Positions 48,421-58,043 of a stretch of DNA of 64,000 nt are shown piece by piece. Position 1 is the stretch's first letter; each line of letters starts with the position of its first letter. The notes below the pieces were generated by a model that was not told the DNA's origin, did no database searches, and saw nothing but the letters and a program-made list of their open reading frames with translations. Source of the DNA: Clostridiales bacterium (lineage in GTDB: Bacteria > Bacillota > Clostridia > Christensenellales > CAG-138); assembly GCA_024698505.1 (NCBI GenBank), contig JAILRE010000050.1:12663-76662 (forward strand), written 5' to 3'. A program made the position numbers and the translations under genes.

Positions 48421-49992
48421 ATGAAAAGAACTTTAGCTCTTATTATGGCTCTCATCATGGTCGTAGCTCTTGCAGCCTGCAAGAAGCCCGAGCCCGACAA
48501 CAAGCCCGACGACCAGCAGCCCAGCAATGAGCTTGCCGGCACCTATGACATCAAGGTATGGTGCGGCGAAGATATCGTTGAGCTCACCAAGCAGCAGATC
48601 GCCAAGTTCAACGAAGAGAACAAGGATGCCGGCATCGTCATCAACGCCGACGTCCAGGGCGTCAGCGAAAGCACCGCTGCCAACGACATGATCACCGACA
48701 TCGAGGCCGGCGCGGACATCTTCTGCTTCCCGCAGGATCAGTTCGCCAGGCTGGTACAGGCCGGCGCTCTGTCTGAGCTCGGCGCAGGCGCAAGCGAGTT
48801 CGTAAAGACGAACAACGCCGAGGACTCCGTTGCCGCTGCCACTGCGGGCGAGAAGATCTACGCTTATCCTCTCACCGCCGATAACGGTTACTTCATGTAC
48901 TATGACAAGTCCGTCATCCCCGAGACCGATATCGATTCTCTCGAAGCCCTGATCAAGGACTGCGAGGACAACGGCAGGTACTTCGCTATGGAGACCAACA
49001 CCTCCGCCTGGTACATCGCGGCCTTCTTCTTTGCCACCGGCTGTAAGTCCGAGTGGGTCACCAATGACGACGGCGAGTTCGAATCCGTTAACGACACCTT
49101 CGATTCCCCCGAGGGCCTCATCGCCGCCAAGGGTCTGAAGAAGCTTCAGGATTCCCCCGCTCACATCAGCTCCTCCGCCGCCGATGAATTCGGCAAGAGC
49201 GCTGCCGTTCTCGTCTCCGGTACCTGGGCGTACAACAACGTTCTCAGCATCCTCGGCGAAAACATGGGCGTTGCCGATCTGCCCTCCTTCGAGGTAGACG
49301 GTCAGCAGTATCACCTCGGTTCCTTCTCCGGCTACAAGCTCATGGGTGTTAAGCCCTGCTCCGACGCCAAGAGGGCTGCCGTTCTCAACAAGCTCGCTCA
49401 GTATCTTACCGGCGAGACCTGCCAGAACGAGCGCTTCGCGGCTGTAAGCTGGGGTCCCTCCAACAAGGCCGCTCAGGGTTCCGACGCCGTTAAGGCCAAC
49501 CCCGCTCTCGTTGCTCTCAACCAGCAGGCCGCTTATGCTACCATTCAGGGCCAGATTCACGGTTCCTGGTGGGATATCGCCAAGGTCATCGGCGACGACG
49601 TTAAGGACGCTACCGACGAAGCCGGTCTCCAGGCTGCTCTTACCAACTACCACAACAAGATGAACGAGCTCTTCAACATGACCGATGATCAGAAGAACGC
49701 TTGGAGCGTAATCGGCACCTGCAACTCCGTTGACGGATTCTTCTACACCGATTACACCGACGAGACCCGTTCCAACTGGGCTGAGGACATCCCCATGCAG
49801 GAAGTCTCCGACGGCATCTGGAGGACCGTACAGGCCTGGGCTATGGAAGCCGGCTGTGAGTTCAAGTGCCGCAAGGGCGGTTCCTGGGACGAGGCTATCC
49901 CCGCCGATAACTTCAAGGTAGAAGAGGCCGGCACCTACTACGTCGAGCTCGACGTCAACGCCGGTACCATCACTCTCGTTCCCGCTGAATAA
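48421..49992 (+). CDS. Sugar ABC transporter substrate-binding lipoprotein (maltodextrin/galactan-like) with extra C-terminal domain
   Basis: Lipobox LAAC, ADIFCFPQDQ, AYPLTADNGYFMYYDKS, SGTW; about 95 extra residues at the C-terminus. Confidence 0.85.
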   Translation: MKRTLALIMALIMVVALAACKKPEPDNKPDDQQPSNELAGTYDIKVWCGEDIVELTKQQIAKFNEENKDAGIVINADVQGVSESTAANDMITDIEAGADIFCFPQDQFARLVQAGALSELGAGASEFVKTNNAEDSVAAATAGEKIYAYPLTADNGYFMYYDKSVIPETDIDSLEALIKDCEDNGRYFAMETNTSAWYIAAFFFATGCKSEWVTNDDGEFESVNDTFDSPEGLIAAKGLKKLQDSPAHISSSAADEFGKSAAVLVSGTWAYNNVLSILGENMGVADLPSFEVDGQQYHLGSFSGYKLMGVKPCSDAKRAAVLNKLAQYLTGETCQNERFAAVSWGPSNKAAQGSDAVKANPALVALNQQAAYATIQGQIHGSWWDIAKVIGDDVKDATDEAGLQAALTNYHNKMNELFNMTDDQKNAWSVIGTCNSVDGFFYTDYTDETRSNWAEDIPMQEVSDGIWRTVQAWAMEAGCEFKCRKGGSWDEAIPADNFKVEEAGTYYVELDVNAGTITLVPAE

Positions 49993-50059
49993 TCGAATAA
50001 GTTCCGATCCATTACGTTAAAGCGTTAGCTTTAATCGGATCTGACAGAAATCGGATTTT

Positions 50060-50093
50060 GGTTGGAGCCGACAACACGGCTCCAACCTTTCTT
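50060..50093 (+). terminator. Intercistronic hairpin between the binding protein and permease genes
   Basis: GGTTGGAGCCG-ACAACA-CGGCTCCAACC-TTTCTT. Confidence 0.7.
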
Positions 50094-50110
50094 ATAACCG
50101 GGGGTATAAT

Positions 50111-51652
50111 ATGAGAAAATACACCGATCTGGAATATCTGAAGCTCAACAAATGGCAGCGAGCCGGCCATAAAATACTGAGCTTCTTCGCGGGTATCCCC
50201 CAAGGCATCTGGAATTTCATCAAGAAGATCGGCCTCGGCTTAGGCAAAGCCGGCAAGGCCATTGGCGCGGAATTCAAAGACATAGTGGATACCTTCGTGC
50301 ACGGCGATTGGAAAACCAAGCTTTCATTCCCGATAATGGGTTTTGGCAGCATCGCCAGGGGGCAGGTGCTTCGCGGCATCCTGTTCCTCCTCTTTGAGAT
50401 CATATTCATAGGCTACATGGTGCTGACAGGCGGTTACTGGCTCTCCATGCTGCCTTCGCTCGGCAAACAGGGCCCCGAGAAGGGATACGATCCCATCTAC
50501 GATCAGCCCATCACCATCTTCCATGACGACTCCTTCAAGATACTTCTTTACGGAGTCCTCACCATCTTCTTCATCATCGCATTCATCTACACATGGCGCG
50601 TCAACGTCCGTCAGAACAAGATCTCCGAGGAGATCCTCAAGTCCGGCAAGAAGCTCAAATCCGGCAAGGACGATCTTCGTTCGATGGTCGATGATAATTT
50701 CCACAAGACACTGCTTGCCCTGCCCATGACCGGCATAGTGATCTTCACCGTGCTGCCAATGGTGTTCATGGTGCTCGTCGCATTTACCAATTACAGCGCG
50801 GCCTATAACGGATACAGCAACAACCTGTTCCACTGGGTCGGGCTGGACAAGTTCAATCAGCTCCTCTCCTGGAAGAGCGTGCAGGGCGGACAGAGCTATG
50901 CCGCGACATTCGGCGAAATACTCGTTTGGACGCTGATCTGGGCGTTCCTTGCGACGTTCACGAACTATTTCCTCGGCATACTCGTCGCTATGATGATCAA
51001 CAAGAAGGGCATACAGTTCAAGAAGGTATGGCGTACGATACTCGTTCTCACGATAGCGATACCGCAGTTCATCTCCCTGATGTACGTTTCGAAGCTGTTC
51101 GCCGAAAACGGTTACTTCAACCTGAAGCTCTTCAACGATATGCACCTGTTCACGAAGGCTCTGCCCTTCTGGCAAGATAAGACTTGGGCGAGGGTAATGG
51201 TCGTTCTGATCAACATCTGGATAGGTATCCCCTACCTCATGCTGATGGCGACCGGTATCCTTATGAACATCCCGCAGGATCTTTACGAGTCCGCCAAGAT
51301 CGACGGCGCGAGCGCATGGCAGCAGTACAGGAAGATCACCCTTCCCTATATGCTGTTCGTTACCGGCCCGTATCTTCTTACGAGCTTCATCGGCAATATG
51401 AATAACTTCAACGTTATCTACCTGCTGACCGGCGGCGCTCCCGTTAACCCGGCTGCTTCCTCTGCGGCCGGCTCCGTAGGCTATACGGACCTTCTGATCA
51501 CCTGGCTGTTCAAGATCACGCAGGGCGGTGAGAAAGCCGATTACGCGCTCGCATCCGTTATCGGTATTCTCGTATTCCTCGTCGTATCGCTGATCTCGCT
51601 CGTTGTTTACGGCCTTATGCCTTCAGTAAAGAATGAGGAGGATTTCCAATGA
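50111..51652 (+). CDS. Carbohydrate ABC permease (MalF/GanP-like)
   Basis: AFTNY, WVGL, EAA loop LYESAKIDGAS, FNVIYLLTGG, TDLLITW. Confidence 0.9.
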   Translation: MRKYTDLEYLKLNKWQRAGHKILSFFAGIPQGIWNFIKKIGLGLGKAGKAIGAEFKDIVDTFVHGDWKTKLSFPIMGFGSIARGQVLRGILFLLFEIIFIGYMVLTGGYWLSMLPSLGKQGPEKGYDPIYDQPITIFHDDSFKILLYGVLTIFFIIAFIYTWRVNVRQNKISEEILKSGKKLKSGKDDLRSMVDDNFHKTLLALPMTGIVIFTVLPMVFMVLVAFTNYSAAYNGYSNNLFHWVGLDKFNQLLSWKSVQGGQSYAATFGEILVWTLIWAFLATFTNYFLGILVAMMINKKGIQFKKVWRTILVLTIAIPQFISLMYVSKLFAENGYFNLKLFNDMHLFTKALPFWQDKTWARVMVVLINIWIGIPYLMLMATGILMNIPQDLYESAKIDGASAWQQYRKITLPYMLFVTGPYLLTSFIGNMNNFNVIYLLTGGAPVNPAASSAAGSVGYTDLLITWLFKITQGGEKADYALASVIGILVFLVVSLISLVVYGLMPSVKNEEDFQ

Positions 51653-52806
51653 AAACGCGTAAAAGTCTTCCGTCCGGCATTGTTATGCTGATAGTCGCCG
51701 CGTGCCTCATTGCGGTATGCGCTCCCCTCATTCTGTGGATCCGTCACGCCGCGGCAATGGATTCGGCCTCGTTCATGGAGACCTGTCAGACCATCGTTCA
51801 CCGCATAGCGCATCCCTTCCCGATCGATCCCGATCATATGGGCGCCGTGCTCCTGACGATACTGATGCTCCTGCTGCTGGCCATCGCCGTTGTGCTCGTC
51901 ATTGTGGCCGTGATCAACCTCTTAAGGGGGCCGCGCGATGAGCAGTCGAGGCATATGGGCCTCAGAACGGCCAACGCGATCTCCAACACGGCAATACATA
52001 TACTGCTTGTCGTAATAAGCGTTATATGGCTGCTCCCCTTCATATTCATCGTACTTCAGTCCTTCCGCGTGGAGAGCACGTATCAGGTCGGCTACATCAT
52101 TCCTGAGAAATGGGGCTTTGATAACTACGTCAGCATATTCTCCGCCGGCTCCAATTTCCCGCGGTGGTATCTGAACACCTTCATCATGGCGCTTGCGACC
52201 GCCGTACTGCAGACCGTTATAGTGCTCTGCATGAGCTACACCCTCTCCCGCTTCCGCTTCAAAATGCGTAAGCCTCTGATGAAGTTCATGCTCGTGCTCG
52301 GCATGTTCCCCGGCATCCTCGGAATGATCATCCTGTACAGGATCCTCTCCGACCTCGGTCTCACTCAGGCGCACGCCGTACCCGGTTTGATCCTCGTCTA
52401 CGTCGCATCCTCCGGTATGGGATATTACGTATCCAAGGGCTTCTTCGATACGATCCCGAAATCGCTGGATGAAGCCGCAAGGGTCGACGGCGCGACAAGA
52501 GCTCAGGTCTTGTTCAAGATCATACTTCCCCTTTCGAAGCCTATCGTCATTTACACGATACTGACCGCCTTCATGGCGCCGTGGGGCGATTTCGTATTCG
52601 CCAAGTACGCATCTATGAACAACCAGCTCGGCATGAACGTCGCCGTTGGTATGAACACCTGGCTGGCAACGCCCAGTATGCTCTTCGCGAACTACACCAA
52701 GTTCTGCGCGGGCGGCGTCGTTGTCGCGATACCCGTCGTTATCCTCTTCATGTGCCTGCAGAGGTACTACGTTGAGGGCGTAACCGGCGGCGCGGTAAAA
52801 GGCTGA
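51649..52806 (+). CDS. Carbohydrate ABC permease (MalG/GanQ-like) with N-terminal extension
   Basis: SYTLSRFRF, KGFFDTIPKSLDEAARVDGA, LQRYYVEGVTGGAVKG. Confidence 0.9.
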   Translation: MKTRKSLPSGIVMLIVAACLIAVCAPLILWIRHAAAMDSASFMETCQTIVHRIAHPFPIDPDHMGAVLLTILMLLLLAIAVVLVIVAVINLLRGPRDEQSRHMGLRTANAISNTAIHILLVVISVIWLLPFIFIVLQSFRVESTYQVGYIIPEKWGFDNYVSIFSAGSNFPRWYLNTFIMALATAVLQTVIVLCMSYTLSRFRFKMRKPLMKFMLVLGMFPGILGMIILYRILSDLGLTQAHAVPGLILVYVASSGMGYYVSKGFFDTIPKSLDEAARVDGATRAQVLFKIILPLSKPIVIYTILTAFMAPWGDFVFAKYASMNNQLGMNVAVGMNTWLATPSMLFANYTKFCAGGVVVAIPVVILFMCLQRYYVEGVTGGAVKG

Positions 52807-52838
52807 TGATCGGGAATCGTTGAAAGGAGTAATTAATT

Positions 52839-53966
52839 ATGGCAAGCGTTAAATTGACTAACGTCAAAAAGATCTATGATAACAAAGTCGTTGCCGTACA
52901 CGATTTCAACCTCGATATAAAGGATAAGGAATTCGTTGTATTCGTCGGCCCCTCCGGCTGCGGCAAATCCACCACTCTTCGTATGGTCGCCGGTCTTGAA
53001 GAGATCAGCGAAGGTACGGTCGAAATCGACGGCGAGGTCGTGAACGATCTTCAGCCGAAGGACAGGAACATTGCTATGGTCTTCCAGAACTACGCTCTGT
53101 ATCCTCATATGACCGTATATGACAATATCGCGTTCTCCCTCCGTCTGCAGAAGCTCCCGGAGGACGTCATCTACAACAAGGTGACGAACGCTGCCGAGAT
53201 ACTCGGCATAACCGATTACCTCATGCGCAAGCCCCGCGCGCTCTCCGGCGGACAGCGTCAGCGTGTCGCCATCGGCCGCGCGATGGTGCGTGATTCCAAG
53301 GTCTTCCTCATGGACGAGCCTCTTTCCAACCTGGATGCGAAGCTGCGCAACCAGATGCGCGCCGAGATAATCCTTCTCAGGCAGAAGCTCAATACGACGT
53401 TCATCTACGTCACCCATGACCAGACCGAAGCTATGACCCTCGGCGACCGCATAGTCATCATGAAGGACGGCTACATCATGCAGGTCGGTACCCCCACCGA
53501 GGTGTTCGAGATGCCCGAAAACCTCTTCGTCGCGGAGTTCATCGGCGCTCCCAAGATGAACATAATGCACACCGAGCTCTCCTGTGAGAACGGCAAGTAT
53601 TACGTACATCCCTTCGGCGCAAGGCTCCCCGTTGAGGGCGATAAGGGAGCCAAGCTCAACGAGCTTAGGGTCCCCGGCAAGCAGATCATACTGGGCGTTC
53701 GTCCCGAGCATATCCAGCTCGCCAAGGAAGCCGGCCCCAACACGATCCCCGTTAAGCTTGAGGTCAACGAAATGATGGGCAGCGAGCTCCATCTGCACGT
53801 CTACACCGAGGACGGCACGAGGCTCATCGTTCGCGTTCCCACCATCGATCTCGATCCCGAGCAGAGGAATTCCCTCGTTCAAGGAGCCGCGCTCAACATC
53901 ACGTTCGGCGGCAAGGTAATGCACTTCTTCGATAAGGAGACCGAGCATAACATCCTTCTCCCGTAA
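52839..53966 (+). CDS. Sugar ABC ATP-binding protein (MsmK/MsmX/MalK family)
   Basis: GPSGCGKST, FQNYALYPHM, LSGGQRQR, DEPLSNLDAKLR, GVRPEH. Confidence 0.93.
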   Translation: MASVKLTNVKKIYDNKVVAVHDFNLDIKDKEFVVFVGPSGCGKSTTLRMVAGLEEISEGTVEIDGEVVNDLQPKDRNIAMVFQNYALYPHMTVYDNIAFSLRLQKLPEDVIYNKVTNAAEILGITDYLMRKPRALSGGQRQRVAIGRAMVRDSKVFLMDEPLSNLDAKLRNQMRAEIILLRQKLNTTFIYVTHDQTEAMTLGDRIVIMKDGYIMQVGTPTEVFEMPENLFVAEFIGAPKMNIMHTELSCENGKYYVHPFGARLPVEGDKGAKLNELRVPGKQIILGVRPEHIQLAKEAGPNTIPVKLEVNEMMGSELHLHVYTEDGTRLIVRVPTIDLDPEQRNSLVQGAALNITFGGKVMHFFDKETEHNILLP

Positions 53967-53989
53967 CTTGAACGCATCATACTCCAATG

Positions 53990-54023
53990 AAAAGCTCCCC
54001 TCGGCAGAACGCGGGGAGCTTTT
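53990..54023 (+). terminator. Intrinsic terminator
   Basis: AAAAGCTCCCC...GGGGAGCTTTT. Confidence 0.85.
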
Positions 54024-54047
54024 ATAATACCACGCAGGCAGAAAGTA

Positions 54048-54076
54048 TTGACCTAAATGGGGTTTTATCGTAAAAT
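54048..54076 (+). promoter_or_regulatory. SigA-type promoter
   Basis: TTGACC-17 bp-TAAAAT. Confidence 0.65.
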
Positions 54077-54102
54077 CAGTTTATCGAACGAAGGCGGCGA
54101 AT

Positions 54103-54816
54103 ATGAACGAACTGTTTTTGAAAGCAATAGAGATCGATCGGGACAGGATCCCGCCGAACAGCTACATAAACGGCATCGAAGCCCTGTCAAGCCTTGACAG
54201 GCTTGAGTTCCGGTCGCCCGTAACGTTCTTCGTGGGCGAGAACGGAAGCGGCAAAAGCACGCTTCTGGAGGCTATTGCGGTGGCCTGCGGGTTCAATCCC
54301 GAGGGCGGCTCCAGGGCAAATCGCTTCTCCACTTACGACACGCACTCGGATCTGTTCGACGCGCTGAAGCTGACGAAGACCTTCAGAAGGTCGTACAGCG
54401 GCTATTTCCTGCGCGCGGAAAGCTTTTACAACGTCGCCACTATGGAGGCTGAGGCGAACAAGCTTACGGGCGGCAGACCTCAGCGTCTGCACGAGAGATC
54501 CCATGGCGAGAGCTTTCTCTATATCGCTCAGAGCTTCGGCGGAATGGGGCTTTACATTCTCGACGAGCCCGAAGCCGCGCTCAGCCCGCAGAGGCAGCTG
54601 ACCTTCCTTCTGGAGATCGAACGCTGCGTCAGGGAGGGTTCGCAGTTCATAATAGTTTCTCACTCGCCGATATTATTGGCTTACCCCGAAGCGGACATAA
54701 TAAGCTTTGACGGAGAACTGCACAGGATCGATTATGAGGAGACCGAAAGCTATAAGCTGACGAGCCTTTTCATAAACGACAGGGCGAGGCTCCTTCATAA
54801 CCTTTTTGACGAATAG
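54103..54816 (+). CDS. Stand-alone ABC/SMC-like ATPase (COG3910-like)
   Basis: GENGSGKSTLLEAIA, FLRAESF, SHGESF, LDEPEAALSP, SHSPILL. Confidence 0.85.
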   Translation: MNELFLKAIEIDRDRIPPNSYINGIEALSSLDRLEFRSPVTFFVGENGSGKSTLLEAIAVACGFNPEGGSRANRFSTYDTHSDLFDALKLTKTFRRSYSGYFLRAESFYNVATMEAEANKLTGGRPQRLHERSHGESFLYIAQSFGGMGLYILDEPEAALSPQRQLTFLLEIERCVREGSQFIIVSHSPILLAYPEADIISFDGELHRIDYEETESYKLTSLFINDRARLLHNLFDE

Positions 54817-54829
54817 GGGCATTATAGGA

Positions 54830-55135
54830 ATGAAATCAACGTTTGATCTCATATATGACGTAGTAAAGAGTATCCCAAAGGGGCGCGTAGCCACATACGG
54901 GCAGATTGCCGCTCTCGCCGGGAATCCGCGGTGGTCCCGCGTGGTGGGTTACGCCCTGCACGTTAACCCGGAGCCGGGTGTCATACCCTGTCACCGGGTG
55001 GTCGACAGAAACGGCAGGCTCTCCCCCGCTTTCGCGTTCGGCGGAGCGAATATGCAGGCCGTGCTTTTGGAAAAAGAGGGCGTTGAGGTTTCCGATGGCT
55101 GCGTGGATCTTTCTAAGTACCGCTGGGAGCCGTGA
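54830..55135 (+). CDS. MGMT-family DNA-binding protein (Ogt C-terminal domain/ATL-sized)
   Basis: IPKGRVATYGQIA, R.VG.AL, PCHRVV with the active-site Cys retained. Confidence 0.88.
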   Translation: MKSTFDLIYDVVKSIPKGRVATYGQIAALAGNPRWSRVVGYALHVNPEPGVIPCHRVVDRNGRLSPAFAFGGANMQAVLLEKEGVEVSDGCVDLSKYRWEP

Positions 55136-55215
55136 TCCTCTCCCCTGCTTACGGGCTTTACTTGCGGCCTTAAAAGTGATAAAATCAATATAAGACCCAT
55201 CGAAGGAGTATTATT

Positions 55216-55761
55216 ATGTATCAGGAAAGCGACGACAAGCTCAAGGGTTCGGTAAAGTCCGACACCCTGCTTTTTGTTTTGTTGATAGTGTTCTTTTTCT
55301 TTGCGGGAACGATAGCGACCGTGCTTCGCGCCAAGTTCGACAGCAACGCTCCGCTTTACGTATTCGCTCTGCTTCTCGCCGCGCTGCTGATACTCGTCTA
55401 TAAGCTCCGCATCGAGGGATACCGCTACACGGTTTTCTATGCCGAGCCTGAGACGGAATACGATGCGCGTTTTGACGAATACATCACGCACGAGGATCAT
55501 CCATTTCCCGTAGGAACGATCGTAATAGAGCGCACCGCGAGCGCAAAGGGAGAGATACTCGAGGTCATCCGTAAGGAGGAGCTTGTTGCCTTGCTCGATC
55601 CCGGCGCAGGATACGCCGCAGACAAGGAGCTTGTCTATGCTCCGCGCAAAAAGGAAAAATGCTCGTCCGTAATCTTCTCGAGGGACGATCAAACCACAAG
55701 ACTCTATTTCACCCCCACGGAAAAATTCAAGGAATACGTCAGGAGCTTTATCGAGGCCTAA
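55216..55761 (+). CDS. Hypothetical membrane protein
   Basis: AAGGAG RBS, two hydrophobic helices, then a soluble domain. Confidence 0.7.
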   Translation: MYQESDDKLKGSVKSDTLLFVLLIVFFFFAGTIATVLRAKFDSNAPLYVFALLLAALLILVYKLRIEGYRYTVFYAEPETEYDARFDEYITHEDHPFPVGTIVIERTASAKGEILEVIRKEELVALLDPGAGYAADKELVYAPRKKEKCSSVIFSRDDQTTRLYFTPTEKFKEYVRSFIEA

Positions 55762-57102
55762 ATGAAGGAGCTTCCCCTTTACAGCGCAATAAAGGCATAC
55801 GCCGGAAAAGACCCGGCGAGATTTCATATGCCCGGGCACAAGGGGAAGCTTTCGCCTTTCGACGTGACGGAGGTTGCGGGAACGGACAACCTTCATTCAC
55901 CGCACGAGGCCATACTCGAATCGGAAAGGTTGTGCGCCGCGGCAATGGGCGCAGAGGACGCTTTCTTCCTTGTTTCGGGTTCGACGGCAGGCAACCTCGC
56001 CATGCTCATGCTTTTGGGCTGCGGCAAGCGCGTACTGCTCGGAAGAAACTGCCATAAATCAGTGATAAACGGGTTAGCCGTTGCAGGACACGAAGCCGTG
56101 CCCCTTATTCCAGACGAAGACGGGATAGTTACCGCCGAGAAAGTCGACGAGGCGCTTTCCGCCGCTCACTGCGACGCCGTGTTCATCACCTCTCCCACCT
56201 ATCGCGGGGCCGTTTCGCCTATAGCCGAGATAGCCGAAGCCGCGCATTCGCATGGCGCGCTGCTCTTCGTCGACTGCGCACACGGCGCGCATTTCGCTTT
56301 TTCCGGGAAGCTTCCCGATATCCCCGCCGAGGCCGACGCATGGTGCGTGAGCTGTCACAAGACGCTCGACGCTTACACGCAGACGGCCCTGCTTCTGACG
56401 GGTGCAAGCTGCCCGTTTTCGAGGGAGCGGGTACAGAACACGCTCAACATGTTCCAATCGACGAGCCCTTCCTATCCCCTCATGATGTCGATAGAGGCCT
56501 CCGTGCTCGCCCATGCTGATTGGGACGAGCACGCGGATAGGATAATGCGCGTAAGGGAAAAGCTCGCTTCGATTTCGGGAGTAAGGCTTATAGACGCCGC
56601 GGCGCCATATCAGGATTTAACGAGGCTCAATATAGGCGTTTCGGGCATTCGCGGACGCGAGCTTGAAGCAAAGCTCATTGAAGCCGGCATATACGCCGAG
56701 ATGGCCGATTCCGAATGCGTCACGCTCATTACTACGCCCTCAGATAAGGACGAATGGTATGAGAAGCTTATATCTGCGATAGAAGCTCTTCCCCGTGAAA
56801 ACGACCTGCATGATAACAGCGGTCATTCGATTAACAAAGAGATACGACCCGGCGAACGCAAGGTAACCGTCAGGGAAGCCGTTACGGGCGATACTGAAAA
56901 AGTCCCCATAGCCGAGTCCGTCGGAAGGATCTGCGCCGGGGCCGCCGGGTGTTACCCGCCCGGGACGGCGATACTTTTCCCCGGCGAGATAATAACAAGG
57001 GCAAACGCCGATCTGCTCTTATCCGAAGCTGAGGACGGAGCGGAGCTTTTCGGAGCTGAGAACGGCATGGCGACGGTACTGAAGGAGGCCGGATCAGTAT
57101 GA
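55762..57102 (+). CDS. PLP-dependent Orn/Lys/Arg decarboxylase (YaaO-like)
   Basis: FHMPGHKG, GSTAGN, RNCHKS, DCAHGAH, SCHKTL (PLP Lys), STSPSY, YPPG. Confidence 0.88.
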   Translation: MKELPLYSAIKAYAGKDPARFHMPGHKGKLSPFDVTEVAGTDNLHSPHEAILESERLCAAAMGAEDAFFLVSGSTAGNLAMLMLLGCGKRVLLGRNCHKSVINGLAVAGHEAVPLIPDEDGIVTAEKVDEALSAAHCDAVFITSPTYRGAVSPIAEIAEAAHSHGALLFVDCAHGAHFAFSGKLPDIPAEADAWCVSCHKTLDAYTQTALLLTGASCPFSRERVQNTLNMFQSTSPSYPLMMSIEASVLAHADWDEHADRIMRVREKLASISGVRLIDAAAPYQDLTRLNIGVSGIRGRELEAKLIEAGIYAEMADSECVTLITTPSDKDEWYEKLISAIEALPRENDLHDNSGHSINKEIRPGERKVTVREAVTGDTEKVPIAESVGRICAGAAGCYPPGTAILFPGEIITRANADLLLSEAEDGAELFGAENGMATVLKEAGSV

Positions 57103-58025
57103 GCGAGGTTTTGAAAAAGCTTGGAGCCTCCATACTTGCGGGCAGAGCCATGCACGCATATTTGCTGACAGGAGCGGATACGGAGCTGACCGGGAATGCC
57201 GCCAGGAACATAGCATCGCTTATGCTTTACGGCCGTCGGGATATGGAAAGGCTCGTAAACGATCCCGACTTTATGGAATACGGCGGAGCTGTATCTATCG
57301 GCGATTTTCGCGACGTTATAAGGCCCGAGCTCTATCGGGAGACCTTCGGAGGGAACGGACGCGTCGTCGTATTCAAGCTGGCAAACCAGCTTTCTGCCAT
57401 GGTGCAGAACGCCATGCTGAAGGTGCTCGAGGAACCTCCCGAAAACACGAGATTCATCCTGACGGGGAACGAATACGGCATACTTCCCACCATCCGTTCA
57501 AGGTGCATGATAATAAGATGCTCGGTTTCGGACAACGCCGAGATAGAGGCCTCCCTGCTTGAAAGGGGCGCCTCCCCCGATGAAGCGCGTTCCTGCACCG
57601 AGATGAGCGGCGGGGTGACCGCAAGGGCGTTAAGGCTCTATGAGGACGAAGGCTTCCGTGAGCTGAGATCGGGCGCAGTAGGCGCGTTCACAGCCGCCCT
57701 CTGCGCCGCGCCGGATTTCAAATGGACAAAGGTCAAGCGCGACAGGAACGATTGGCTCGAAGCCAACGAGATGCTCCTTCTCGCCTGCCACGATATGCTG
57801 AAGCTCAAGCTCGGACTCGGTCCCGAATACTTCCGCGATACTGCCGCGGAGCTGAAAAAAGTCTGTTCGCACTTTACAATCGGCGATATTAGTTGTATTA
57901 TAGATAAGTTGACGGAAAATGCGCAAAGGCTTTCCACCAACGCGAGCGGCGGCGCGGCTTTCGACAGGTTGTTTGCCTGTCTTGCCATGATAGGACTTGC
58001 CGCAATAAAGAACAAAAACAATTGA
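57099..58025 (+). CDS. holB: DNA polymerase III delta-prime subunit, divergent
   Basis: HAYLL, QNAMLKVLEEPP, ILPTIRSRC; upstream of ricT/yaaT as in other Bacillota. Confidence 0.8.
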   Translation: MSEVLKKLGASILAGRAMHAYLLTGADTELTGNAARNIASLMLYGRRDMERLVNDPDFMEYGGAVSIGDFRDVIRPELYRETFGGNGRVVVFKLANQLSAMVQNAMLKVLEEPPENTRFILTGNEYGILPTIRSRCMIIRCSVSDNAEIEASLLERGASPDEARSCTEMSGGVTARALRLYEDEGFRELRSGAVGAFTAALCAAPDFKWTKVKRDRNDWLEANEMLLLACHDMLKLKLGLGPEYFRDTAAELKKVCSHFTIGDISCIIDKLTENAQRLSTNASGGAAFDRLFACLAMIGLAAIKNKNN

Positions 58026-58043
58026 TCCAATCAGGAGAATCAT

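Noticed and set aside
50048-50060. AAATCGGATTTTG as another cassette-boundary site
   Set aside because: It lies inside a coherent ABC operon among RNA hairpins; more likely chance, and noted as a caution for the motif finding.
54103-55135. ATPase plus MGMT-like gene as a defence or repair system
   Set aside because: Both are common stand-alone genes; no nuclease or other partner is adjacent.
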